This document shows, one piece after another, positions 35,670 through 47,929 of a stretch of DNA of 64,000 nt. The notes beneath the pieces were generated by a model. The model was not told the origin of the DNA. It ran no database searches and saw only the letters and a program-made list of their open reading frames with translations. This stretch comes from Calcarisporiella thermophila CBS 279.70 (Eukaryota > Fungi > Calcarisporiellomycota), in assembly GCF_041956535.1 (NCBI RefSeq), contig NW_027192192.1, positions 87,793 through 151,792 on the forward strand, read 5' to 3'. The first letter of the stretch is position 1; every line of letters starts with the position of its first letter. A program made the position numbers and the translations under genes.

Positions 35670-38600
35670 ATGTCGCTCTCCCAGTGGCGACAATTCAACT
35701 TCTTTGACACGGAGCTTGTGACAGATGGGTTCGATACTCCCGAATCGTTCCCGGTGTTTCAGGTGAGTAAATCCTAATCTCCATCATTCCGTTGAATTTT
35801 TTTTTTTTGCCACAGCTCAGCCAATGCTAACTCTAATATACTGAATATAGAAAGCAGATATAACGGCTACGACAAGTGGCCGTGGCCATATCATAGTCTC
35901 GGACTCTTCGGGATGCATTCACATTATCGATCGAACATTCAGCGTACTGTCGTTTCAGGCATTTGATGGTGGACGCGTCACTCATCTGAAGCAAATGAAA
36001 CAGAGCAATATATTGGTTGCCATTGGGGTATGCATCTATTTTCATCTTTATTGTTGGTAGTCTACTAATGTTTTCCTCCCGATACATTTGCCTCGATAGG
36101 AGGAGAGTGCTGTTTCTTCTCATCCAATTGTTAAAGTATGGGACTTGGATCGCCAAGAAAAAGGCAAAAATACACCGCTTTGCGTGCGCACGATTCGTTT
36201 ACAGCATGACTCTAAACCATATCCCGTAATTGTTCCTGTTTGTTCACTTGACCTATTCTGAATTAATGTAAAGGTTTTGCATAGGCATCTTGTCTCGCAA
36301 TTCTAGAAAACATGTCACAGATGGCAGTTGGGATGGCGAATGGTTCTGTGATAATCATCCGGGGGGATATCTCACGCGATCGCACCGTAAAGCAAAAAGT
36401 AATTTATGATGGAAACGAGCCTGTAACTGGTAATGGGTATTGAATGCTCTTCTTGTGGCATCACTACTTACTGGGTTTCTCGTAGGTCTCGGATACAGAG
36501 AGCAACACAAGTCGACTACCCTATTTATTGTTACAACCAGTCGTATATATACCTATAATAGCTCTGGAAAGGGGCATTTGGTATGTCACTTAGCTAGATA
36601 AATATGCCATCATGAGATATAAAATTTACACCCATACTTTATTTGGCCTGCAGCAATTATTAGATGAACATGGATGTGGACTTGGGTGTGCTGTATTGAC
36701 AGATATGGCGCAGGAAATGGTCATTGGTCGTGACGAGGTAAATCACTGTACAGAAGGAATCACCCTTCATCCTGTTGATCTAATCTCAACTCTGCTAGGC
36801 AATTTACTTTTACGGGCCAGATGGTCGTGGCCCATGTTTTGCTTTTGAAGGTTTATATTACACGTCCGCTCTATTAAATTAGAGTATTCGTACTAAATTA
36901 CTTTTACCTAATCAGCTCCAAAGTCGTCGCTAACTTGCTTCAAGAACTACCTTATCATTGTGTCCCCACCCATTTATTCAGCGCAAAAGCTCGATGCCTC
37001 CACCCGCAAGGCTTTATCACTTTCCCCGCCTCCTTCCACCACAAATAGTTACGACACCACCACAGTAACGATATTCGACACACAAAACAAGTTCATTGCG
37101 TTGACGCATGAGTTCCCCCAAGGTGTCCGTGCAGTCGTGTGCGAGTGGGGCTATGTTTATGTGATTACCTGCGATGGAAAAGTAATTCCAGTTTTACATG
37201 CCTCAGGCTTGATCATGTACTTACCCTTCATGTTTTGTTTCAGCTCTATGCATTAGAAGAGAAAGACACACCCACTAAGCTGGATATTTTGTTGAAAAAG
37301 AACCTCTACCTACTTGCCATCAATCTAGCGCGATCCCAGAAGTATGATGACACAGGCATTGCAGATATTTTCAAGAAATATGGTGACCATTTGTACAGGT
37401 ATGTGACCCTTTTCTCTTTGTGTTGTGGGAGAGTAACTAATAGGGATTTGTGCAAATAGCAAAGGAGATTATGAAGGAGCCATGCAGCAGTATATCCGAA
37501 CCATTGGGAAATTGGAGCCCTCTTACGTTATTCGCAAAGTATGTGCCAAAAATTTGCTTATCTAGCTGATTTGTTCATAATTCGCTGCTTTGTAGTTCTT
37601 GGATGCCCAGAGGCTCTACAGCCTTACCTCCTATTTGCAAGAGCTCCATTCACAAGGACTTGCCAACGAGGATCATACTACGCTACTTCTCAACTGCTAT
37701 ACAAAACTTAAAGATGTGACGAAACTGGATCAGTTTATCAAGGTAAGCTAATGCACATTAATGAAATCTTCAGTGAGAGCCTTCGATTGATTTTCGGTAA
37801 ATTTTAGTCGAGTAGCGAGTTGAATTTTGATCTTGAGACCGCGATCAAAGTGCTTCGCCAAGCCGGATACTATGAGCACGCGCTGTATCTTTCTGAAAAA
37901 TACACGCAACACGACTTGTAAGTGGCGTGTCAATTCGCAAAGCCTCTAATCCTCCATTTATAATCTTTTCTTCAACTAGATATCTTCAGATTCAAATTGA
38001 ACACATTAAAGATTACGATAAAGCTCTCAAGTATATTCGCCAACTCAAATCCTTGGAAGCCGACCATAATCTTCAAAAATATGGCAAAGTTCTCTTGAAG
38101 CACCAGCCTGAAGAAACTACCTCCCTACTCATCGATTTGTGCACTGGAGTGCTTCATTCTGCCGCTTCAGCCTCTTATCACTCATTCCAATCCCATGGCC
38201 CATCTCCCCCGACATCGCACTCGTTTTCAATTTCTCTCCCGTTTTCTCACCGCCCTAGCATTTTGCGAACAGATAGCTCAGGCTCACTGGGTGCACCACC
38301 GGCACCAGCACCACCGCCTCCTGTTCGAACATCCACGTTAGATACCCGGCCCCCACCCCAACCAACCCGATTCATGAGTTTGTTTGTGGAACAGCCCGAG
38401 TACTTGATTAAGTTTCTGGAGGAGACGGTGAGGAGACGGTGGGAAGAGGTTGAAAAGGCCCCACGAAATGAGGGACCGGAGCGAGTGCTTGTAGACAAAA
38501 CTGTGAGCGAAAGCCACATTGCGGAACAGGAAGAGAAGGAAAAGCGAGCCGTATGGAATACCTTGCTTGAGCTCTACCTAATGGACGACACCGCCAACCC

Positions 38601-39619
38601 CAGCATAGCCCTTGACAACTCATCCGAGCCGCGCCAGTCGAGTTCTCGGCGCGTGGAACGCCGCGAGAAAGCTCTGCGGCTCCTAGTCGATTCCAATGTC
38701 AACTACGATATTAACCAGGCTCTCATCATGTGCCACTTAGCGCGGTTTGATGCCGGTGTCGTCTACCTACTTGAGCGCGAGGAGAAGTACGCTGATATCT
38801 TACGGTTTTGGATGGAAAGAGAGAAACCCGAGCTGGTTATAGAAGGACTACGAAAATATGGGTAGGGGCTCTTGAAATGGATTTCATTCCAACCAAACAT
38901 TTTTTTTTACATCTATATACCCCACACAATCCATAGACAAAAAGATCCGTCGCTCTATCCGCTTGCACTCTCCTATCTCTCTTCCACCCCCTCCACCCTT
39001 GATGCCGCCGATCTCCACCAAGTGCTCACCCACATCAATAAGCATAACCTCCTGCCTCCGCTCCAAATTGTTCAAGCTCTGAGTCAATCCTCCGTGGCCA
39101 CCGTCGGCATGGTCAAGGATTTCCTTGGGAGTAAGATTGAGGAAGAGCGCCGCCGCTGCGATGAGGACACCAAACTCATCCAGAGCTACCGTGCCGAGAC
39201 GGAGAAGAAGCGGCGCGAAATTGAAGAGCTGCGGCGCGAAGCAAGAGTGTTCCAGGTGACCAAGTGTTCGGGATGTGGAGGTCAGCTGGATCTGCCGTCA
39301 GTGCATTTCCTATGCCGCCACTCGTTCCACCAAAGGTGCTTGAATGACGGGGGCGAGAAGATATGCCCGCAGTGTGCTGTTGAGCAGCGGATGGTGGGAG
39401 AAATCAGAGCTGCGCAGGAGCGCAATGCTCAGCGGCATGACCTCTTCTTTGCACAGGTAAATCCTTCACTCTCTGCCCTCTCTATAGAGACATCTTTTCT
39501 GGATACTGGTCGGAAAACTGACATTTCGTGTATAGATGGAGGATACGGACGACGGATTTTCCGTTATCGCGGACTACTTTTCCAAGAATTCATTCATGTT
39601 TGCTCGACTGATCGACTAG
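35670..39619 (+). CDS. VPS11: Vacuolar protein sorting 11 (Vps11/Pep5; HOPS/CORVET subunit)
   Basis: MSLSQWRQFNFFD; LEPSYVIRKFLDAQRLYSLTSYLQELH..GLANEDHTTLLLNCYTKLKD; RING CSGCGGQLDLPSVHFLCRHSFHQRC...CPQC; ends GFSVIADYFSKNSFMFARLID*. Confidence 0.96.
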
Positions 39620-40077
39620 CGTCACCGCTGGCTGAAGGTTGAAACTCAGCCGTCCGTCCGTTTGATGAGTGCTAGATTCTTTTTTCCTATCCTTTGCTCT
39701 CCTAATCTCTCAACCCCCTTTTTTAGCTCGACTTCTTAATAAATAATGTTCCCAATGGACTCAATTAAATATCCACAGCCGATACAGGATTCAGCGAGAA
39801 AACGTCTTGTTTGAAGATCATAAAAACAAGCAGCATAAGAAAAATACAAGTGATCAAGGGTGGAAACTGGATTAATTTGGGGGGGGGGGGAATTTAAATG
39901 GAAGCTCGACACCTATTTATATATATAACAATGGAGAGAGAAAGAAAAAAGTAATATAAAGCAAAATATAGAAGAAAACAAGTAAAAAGCAAAAGCAGGT
40001 GTATAGCAAACAAAAGAAAAACAAAGACATCCTCCATCCTTTATCAACGCATGTCTACTTTGAGTAGGCGAATCCCC

Positions 40078-41279
40078 TCACTTTCCGCATCCTGGGCATC
40101 CTCCAACCTGCTCTGTAAGATTGAATGGCTTATACCGCCCAAAAAGAAATGTCCCCACGGCTATCCCGCCAACAACGGCGAAGAACAAGCCCACGTTAAA
40201 CGTCATTGTGACCAGCATCAGAGCATAGGCAATCGTGGAGTCCACGAATTGCAGGGCCGCTCTCTTAAAGTCCCTGGTCACACCCTCCCGGGTGAAAGCC
40301 GCGCGCAGGAACCTGTGGATCCAACTCTGCTTGGTGAGGCCATCGCTCATGTCCGTGGAGCGGAAGCTCTGCTGAGCCCAGCGGGCTTCCAGGATGCTGC
40401 GAGAGACAGTGAGGGCCTCATAGAGGATGGCAATGATGAAGATTGCAATCCAGGCACCAGCATATTGACCAGGGGTGCGTGGTACCCATTCGCGGAAGAG
40501 GACATAGTCCATCAGACCAGTGTGGAAGTACATGCGCATCTGCGGAGCACTGGTGGAAGACGAGGGATCCGAGGTGCAGTAAGGGAGTTCGGAAGCGGCA
40601 GCGCACATCGTCTTCCATTTTCCACATTGTCTCTATAGGAAATGAACATATAGGAACGTAGTTAATTTCACGTCGAGAAGTATCAAAACACATCCACACC
40701 CACCATATCTGGCATTGCTTGACACAGCTGGCTATATACAGCAAATGGATCGCATTTCGTCATCAAACTTCCCGGCGGCATCTTAGGGCATTTCTCGCAC
40801 CCGTCCATGTCCATCTCCGTGCAAATGCTCCCCACTAGGTCGGAAGCCTCCATTGTGGTGGGAAGACCAGACAGGGCGGGCTGAGCGTCACATTGGGGCC
40901 CACGGGGGGCAGTATAGGTTGCATTGCGGGAGCAGAGCGCCACGTAATTCTTGCATCCTCTCATGCGGGGCATATCGGTGGCACAAATGTCCGCAAGCAA
41001 GGAAAAGGAATTGCAAGATTTGGACGAGCTGAGGTTGGGTGTTTCCTGGCAAGTTTTCTGGACAGTGCAGCCGGACATGAAAGGCATTTCTGTGCACAGG
41101 TCCTTCAAGTCGGCGGCAATAGTTGCTTCATCGAGTTGGAATGAAGCGCATTGCGGGCGACTCATGTCTGCAAGGCACGAAAGATTGGAAGGGGCAGCGG
41201 CGCCCGGATTTTGGGCAGACGCGAACGCCGCCATTAGGAGGACAACGACAACGAACGTTTTCTCCATGGAAGTGAGCAT
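40078..41279 (-). CDS. Ctr-family copper transporter with a signal peptide and a Cys/Met-rich ectodomain (Dictyostelium p80 / Chlamydomonas CTR type); intron 40633-40703
   Basis: Signal peptide; four C-x2/3-M-x1/2-M-x2-C units (CTEMPFMSGC, CATDMPRMRGC, CTEMDMDGC, CQAMPDMRQC); MRMYFH...VLFREW; TM2 YALMLVTMTFN (MxxxM); TM3 GIAVG (GxxxG). Confidence 0.92.
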
Positions 41280-41618
41280 GGCTCTCTTTTCGGCAGAGGG
41301 ATGCAGTTTAGGGCAACCAAAGATGCTACTGACTCGGCAACAATGTATGGGTAAAAGGGAGGGAGAGAGTTTAAATAAGAATGGAGACACGCTAGCCCGG
41401 CAATGCTTTATTTGTCTAGGCTCTCTTTCTTGGTCTATCCACTAAAACACGGATAAATGGAGAACATACAGGTGAGCGTAGGGAAAGCCAACGGTGTACG
41501 TAAAGAGCTGCATTTTATATTTCTCCTATAAGTTGTGCTATGAATCGACAATCAGGCAGTCACATATTCTATTGTATACGGGTTGTTAATAAATGGAGGT
41601 TATTAATTTTAAAATAGG

Positions 41619-41652
41619 ACAGGAATGCTTAAAACATCCGAAACAGGAATGC
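41619..41652 (+). promoter_or_regulatory. Direct repeat ACAGGAATGC x2 in the divergent Ctr / ectodomain-paralog promoter
   Basis: Identical 10-mers at 41619-41628 and 41643-41652; each contains GGAATG (reverse CATTCC, the TEA/ATTS-type core). Function is inferred only. Confidence 0.3.
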
Positions 41653-41818
41653 AGGGGGGGGTCCCCATTGAAATGTTAATTAATCGAATTCCCCCCCCCC
41701 TTCCATTTATTGTTTTGAAGTCAGACAAAGGGTGACAATAACAAAACGAAAGCGAAGCTTATATATTTTTTAAACTTCCTGTCGCGTTCCCACCATTCGA
41801 CAGTTTTCTCTATCCAGC

Positions 41819-42635
41819 ATGAAGACCCCCTCCTGCTTCGTACTTCTTCTCTGCGCTCTGGGCGCCTCTGCACAGCAACAGAACTGCGCCGCCACCCCCA
41901 CTGATGCTAAGTGCGCGGATTACACCCCTGCTAACGCACAGCAGCAGCTCGATTCCATTTGCACGGCCCAAAATAATCTCCCTGCCTGCAGCATCTATGG
42001 CGAGTGCAAAAAGGACACCACGCTCCCCCAGAGCGTCTGCTCCCCCGCGGTGCTCCTCGCCACGGCCTGCACTCGGGACAATGTCACGGCGGCCGATGCG
42101 TGCTCGGAAATTAAGCAGCTGTGCGGCGCCGGCACCGCTGTGAAGCTGTGCTCGCAGGCTGTCCCCGCTCCTTCGGCGAAGGACGCGAGCCGGGACCTCT
42201 ACAGCGCTTGCTCACAGATGCCCGAAATGAAGAGTTGCACCATCTGCCCCCAGAAACCCGACGCAACCACGAATGTGTTCCAGTGCAACGTTATGTCAGC
42301 CTACTCTGCGCTCTGTAACGAGATGGGTACCCATGTAAGTTACCATAATAAGCATCGATCTTCAATGGAAGGCCTCATCCATTAATCCCCTTCCTGCCCC
42401 CATTTTCCAATAGAGCGAGTGCGCCAACTGGAAATCGTTCTGCCAAGCCACCAATAACTTCAAACCCTACTGCTCTGGGGCTGGAAGCAGCGGTGGCCAC
42501 GATATGTCCAATCACAACCACAACGCTAAGCCATCTTCTACCCCATCCTCCACGCCAAAGGCGTCGTCTGCCTCCACCCTTGTATCCACAAGCTGGGGCC
42601 TGATGGCTATTGCACTCGCGGTTATCATTATGTAA
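41819..42635 (+). CDS. Secreted, GPI-anchor-type Cys-rich protein homologous to the Ctr ectodomain; intron 42335-42413
   Basis: Signal peptide MKTPSCFVLLLCALGASA; Cys spacing collinear with the Ctr N-terminus (CSQMPEMKSCTICP, YSALCNEMGTH|SECANWKSFC...PYC); GHDMSNHNH, a Ser/Thr linker and hydrophobic end WGLMAIALAVIIM*. Confidence 0.85.
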
Positions 42636-44624
42636 AAAAACCTTTGCATTTTCTTATTTGTGTCTGTTCCACCGCGCTATGCCTTTGAAATGATCATTTT
42701 GCAGTTGCATTGAGATAGGAGCTCTATTTAAATAAAGTCAGAACTGATTAACATACTTTCGATTCCTGTCAAAAAAAGTAGATACTACTCTGATAGTATA
42801 GTGGGTGCTTCTGAGAATCCGACCGTTAAACTCTCAGGGCTTTGCAAATAAAACAAAAACAAAACAAGTGCTTTATGCAAAGAACGCGACGCTTCGACGA
42901 GCTTCCAGGGAGAAGTGCATTCCCATCGGCTACCTCGGCACATCCCTTGAGTATTCGATTCTGTAGGGTGGTTGCAGCTAGGCCTCTATCCCCTTATTCA
43001 GATTCCGTATGTCTCAGGGGATGACTAATTTATACGCACCGCTCAGGGCCGGTGCGAAGAGCACTACCCATTGCCGCAGGAATGAACTTGGTGATCTCTT
43101 AAACGATATAGTTCTCGGTATATCTTTTCATGCTCTTCCACCTATCTCCCCCATCCCGACATCCATGCTCTAATTGTTGCTCGGGCGCTATGACAATTCC
43201 ACATCCCTATCAGCCAACCATCATTGTTGAATTTAGAACAGCAGCTTGAAGCAGGCGCGGGAGTCAGAATCATTTCGAGTTCCCGTGAGACGACATTGGC
43301 TCAGAGCCGCACCCACGACGAAAGTTGTGTTTAAAGAGAATGTTCGAGGTAGGTTTCTATCACCCAGCAGATGGGATGGGGCAGAGCAACCAGTTTTTGC
43401 AGACGAATTTGACACCTACGGAAATGGAAAGTTGCGAACGCAAAAATCTCTCAAACCATAACTAACCCAAAATTGCGTTTTGGTGTAACGCCGTGACTGT
43501 GAGTTGTTTTCGCCTCCACCAACCACGGGGCAGAAATGAGCGTGGTTATATGGAGAAAGGTTTGAGGTATTTTGGCTTATAAAAAGGCGCCCACCTGCAA
43601 AAGAGTTGAAAATTCTTTCGCAAACTTTTTCTTGCGCACTTCTTATCCTTTCCTTCTACTCTTCCAACTATTCGAGCCTCACTCCTATAGTTTGGTATAC
43701 CCAATTGTGTGCAACTGATGTGCTAGCAGTAGGTTTAGTCTTTGTCTGTAACCCATGGTATTCCCTCTATAGTCTCCCTGGTTATCGCCCCTTGCCTATG
43801 CTTATGGGTGGGGCCACCAGGATTGTGTCTAGTGTCTATTGCATTTAGTATACCCCACATTCATCTACCTCTGCATTCCATGATGAATCATCTCACTGCA
43901 ACCATAGCCAAGTGGTATGACCTAGGACTTTGATACTATCTCTATACCTGCTCTATCTTCGTGATGCCATCAGTGGCTTAGCTATGTCGTCATTTTGGGG
44001 TGGTGGAGTAGTCAATTTAGTGTCCGGAATTTTTTACTCTTGGGGACCACCCTGCGTTCCCAGTGCTTTTTCCTTAGGCTGCATGGTACACAAGCGCCTC
44101 TTTGTGTTTTAAGCATGGGTCTCGCGATCCCACTGTTTTTACCACCCGTTCCACTCCTCTCTATTGTATTTGCCAACGCTTTAGTCGCGTTCATATCGGA
44201 CCTTGTTTGTGAATGTTTTGTTCTCACGCCAAGTTGACTTTCATGCTTCCATGATAGAACTGTGTTCACAAATTAATGCCTCCTAACCTTCCATCCCAAC
44301 GCTAGTAGGGTGATGAGTGGATGGAAATTGACTCATGTTTGATGAATTGCCCTCCACCGCCTGGGTCACCGAGTATAATTGATTAATTAACGTGTTTCCA
44401 TGCCAGCTCTGTGTTTTTTACCCATTTTAACTTTATTACCGGTCGCAGAGCGATGCTTGGGAAGGTCTGATTTTTTGCGCGTGGTATATAAACGCGTCTC
44501 TTTTTATTATCCTACTCTTTACCCCCATTTAAAGTTTGAACGAGCTTTTGACAGGCTCTTTTTCTCTCTATTTAATAAATATCCTCCTTGGATTCATTTC
44601 TTTCCGCTAATAATAATAATAATA

Positions 44625-45325
44625 ATGCTCCGACAACTGTCTCTCGCTACATTGGTGCTGGCAACCGTGATTTCCATGGCAGCGGCCCATGTTACCATGA
44701 ACCCCAATACCAATGCCGCCAACTCGTACTTTGCGAGCGCCTTCCGTGTTCCCCACGGTTGCAACGGCTCGCCCACCACCCTGGTTTCACTCAAGATTCC
44801 CGGTAAGTGATGAGATGAGCCAACGGGAATGGCGGAGCCCCGTCATGCTAAAAAAAACCCTTTCTTCCCCGCGCAGAATCCCTCACCGGTGTGAAGCCCC
44901 GTATCATGGCCGGATGGAATATCACCATCGGAACGAAGCCGCTCGACCCCCCGATCACTGCAGAGGGAGGCAAGACCATCAACACCACCGCCGACACCAT
45001 CACATGGACCAACGGGCTTATCCCGGACAACATGTACGAGGACTTCTGGCTCTCCTTCCGCCTTCCCCCCTACGATGACCCCAAGACCATCAACAATACC
45101 GTCTACTTCCCCGTGTCGCAGCAGTGCCAGGACGGCACCTGGCTCAACTGGACCCAGATCCCCGGCTCGGGCGCCTCGTCGTCGCAGAACCCGGCCCCGT
45201 ACATCAAGCTCACTAACGGCAACACCCCCGCCCAGGCCAGCGAGAAGAAGAGCGACGCCTCGAAGTTGAACGCATTCGCCGGGGTGGCGCTGATGGCGGC
45301 TGTCAGTTCCCTCATGATGCTATAA
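44625..45325 (+). CDS. YcnI/DUF1775-family copper-binding protein with a signal peptide and GPI-type tail; intron 44803-44876
   Basis: Signal peptide ending AAA, then mature HVTMNP...FRVPHGCNGSPTT.VSLKIPE.LTGVKPR.MAGW.I...ITWT.G...DF...FRLP...VYFPVSQQC..G...NW...PAP; hydrophobic C-terminus. Confidence 0.88.
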
Positions 45326-46084
45326 AAGGCGGTCGCCTGTGTCACGTGTGGCTCGGTGTTTTTCGGTGTTCTCTTTTTAATTTTAATATTCCAGAAACAA
45401 TTTTAAGCAGTTTTTTTTTTCTATTTCATTTCCTATTTGCCTCCTCTCTTCCTGCTTCCACTAGGAAGCCATGCAGGGTGGAAGCGGGGATATTTATTCA
45501 CTATGTCCTTATTGCCTATTCTCTCAATTTATGCTTTTCCCCTCGACCCTCTGTGGCTTTAGTCCCCTTATCCACACTGTTTAGTGGTCCCCGATTTGTG
45601 TCGATCTATTATTTCGCCATATTGCTATTCTCTTTGAAAATAAGTCATTTCTACCCATCTTTCCAACTCAGTCGGGTTCCCCAGCGCCGGCAAAGGCAAA
45701 GCGACCTTCCTCTTTGATCTTTTTTCATTTCCAGAAGCTTTGGCATTTACCAACCAGATCGAAAGAAAAGGAACCATGAAATGGGGTCTAGTTCCCCCTT
45801 TCCTACGATTTGTAATATTTGTAATAAAAGACATGGCGGACCCCCTAGCCCTAACGGCCTATTTATAAAAGTGCCGGCTCCCTTCCTGAATCCCTTTTTT
45901 CTTAGAAAAAAATTTTTTCCCAACTTTTTGTTTTGAAAAAGGTTCGACGAGAACTGAAACAGCCTTGAAAAATAGCCTTGGTGTGATTGCTATTTCCCGT
46001 TGTTTTATCTTTCAAGTCTTTCTTCCAGTGCTTCCTCTCTTTTTCCCCTCCTCCATTGTTGACACCAGCATACGACTGCAAAGG

Positions 46085-47394
46085 ATGGTGAAAACGGTTG
46101 TGTCTTTGCTCGCGTTGGGCGGATTGGCATGCGGTAATTATTCCAGCCCATGTTTCTAGCTCTTGCTTCCCGTGCTCTGAAAAGACCATTGGATGGGCTG
46201 TTTGAAGATTTTGGCTAATATATCCCCTTCCCATCTGCGTATGAATTAGCTGCCGTTGACCTAAAGCCCCAAACGGGCCAGCTCTGCTTCCGAAACGAGC
46301 AATTGTGTATCGCCGCACAAATATTGCCCACCGGAAATGCTTTTGAGATGACCTTAATTGCACCGCAGAATATGGGGTAAGAAAACTGCTGCATCCGTCT
46401 CCTTTTGCCAATGTGCATAGCTAAATAACGGTTATGTTCAATTAGCTATGTGAGTGTCGGAATTGGTGAATGGATGATCAATGCCGATATCATTGTGGCC
46501 TGGCCAACCGCCAATCAAAACTACACAATCTCGGACCGCAAGGCCATCGACTATGTCGAGCCCCTGGTGGACAGGCAGCAAGATGCCGTACTGGTGCCCG
46601 AAAAAAGCGGTCTTCAAAACGGCAAGCACTACATCACGTTCCGTCGCCCATTACGGACAGGAGACTCCTCGGACAATCCCGTCGTGGCGGGAACTAGAAT
46701 GGCATGGATATGGGCCTTGGATAGTCAGCGCCCAAGCAGCGCATTTGAAAATGCCACGCTCAACCCCCATGGGAGCGAGGGTGTGGGCCGATTCTCGATG
46801 GCTCTGACCCCCGCCGGGATTGCAGGCACTTCGGTGCAAGCGCGATTTGACATTGGGGGGCTTGCCTTCTTCCACGGGCTACTGATGGCCTTGGTGTGGC
46901 TGGTGGCTGGCCCGCTGGCGGCATTCATTGCTCGCTTCCTGAAGGCGACGATGGGCAGTGCTTGGTTCCCCGGGCACTGGGGCACCGCTACGGTAGGCGT
47001 CGTGTTGACCCTCATTGGGTTTGGCCTTGGAATTGCGGCGACTCGCGGCGCGCACTTCACCACTCCCCACACCATCATCGGCCTTATTGTGGTCATTCTC
47101 ACTCTCTTGCAAGCAGGGTGGGGCATCTACATCGATCGGACCTTTGATCCCTCGCGCGTGAAAACCCCTGCCCGTGACTACCTTCATCATGTAGGAGGCT
47201 ACCTGCTCGTCCTCCTTTCCATAGCCAATGTGTGCTTGGGCTTGCTGGCGTTCGGCCCCGGAAGTGGATGGATCTTTGGGCTCTACGGCGCATGGGTTGG
47301 GCTCATCGTGTTTACGTTTGCGGGCGCGCAGATTCGAAAGACCTTGAGGTCGATGCGGACGAAGGAGGTCGAGGATATAAAATCGCTTTCTTGA
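46085..47394 (+). CDS. DOMON + cytochrome b561 transmembrane reductase (CYBDOM-like); about 3 exons
   Basis: Signal-peptide exon; DOMON GYVSVGIGEWMINADIIVAW...WIWA...LNPHG (Met/His heme ligands); b561 histidines HGLLM, PGHW, PHTIIG and LHHVGG; TATAAAA at 45864. Confidence 0.88.
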
Positions 47395-47929
47395 GGTGTC
47401 CGCCGCCCCATCTATCTCGGCGACTCGTTTTTCTTAAAGTTTTGTCTTTTTGTTTTTGTTCCCACGTGTATTCTTTTGATACGATAGTGTTTTTTATTCT
47501 CCTCCCCACTTCCCTCCTAGCTCTTTAGATACCTCCCGAACCCTGTTTATCTTCTATTTATTCCATCCTATGAAATAGTTGACTATTATTATGGAGGATC
47601 CCGTTTTTCTTAAACATGAAATTCACTGCTGAAAGTATCCAGCTTGGTTCAGATGGCCTTACCCTCCCCCCAAGAGGCGCTGCATCAAGGATTTGGGCAC
47701 ATTTCCAATTTGTTGGCTGAAGACCATCGAATGGCGGAACCTTCCAAACGGACTGTTCCAATCCATTTTCAGGGAAAATTCGATCTTTCTATAGTACAAG
47801 GACGCTAGAGTCCTGTGTTTATTTACTTGAAACCAGGTATAGTAAGTGGTACAGGAATGAACACTTCCAAAAGAAGAAGAGAGGGAAGGGGAGGAGAAGA
47901 GGGGGAGAGAAGGCCGCCCAAAGAACCGT

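Noticed and set aside
41577-41584. CAGTCACA (Homol-D-like) site in the Ctr promoter
   Set aside because: A single 8-mer outside a ribosomal-protein promoter; likely chance.
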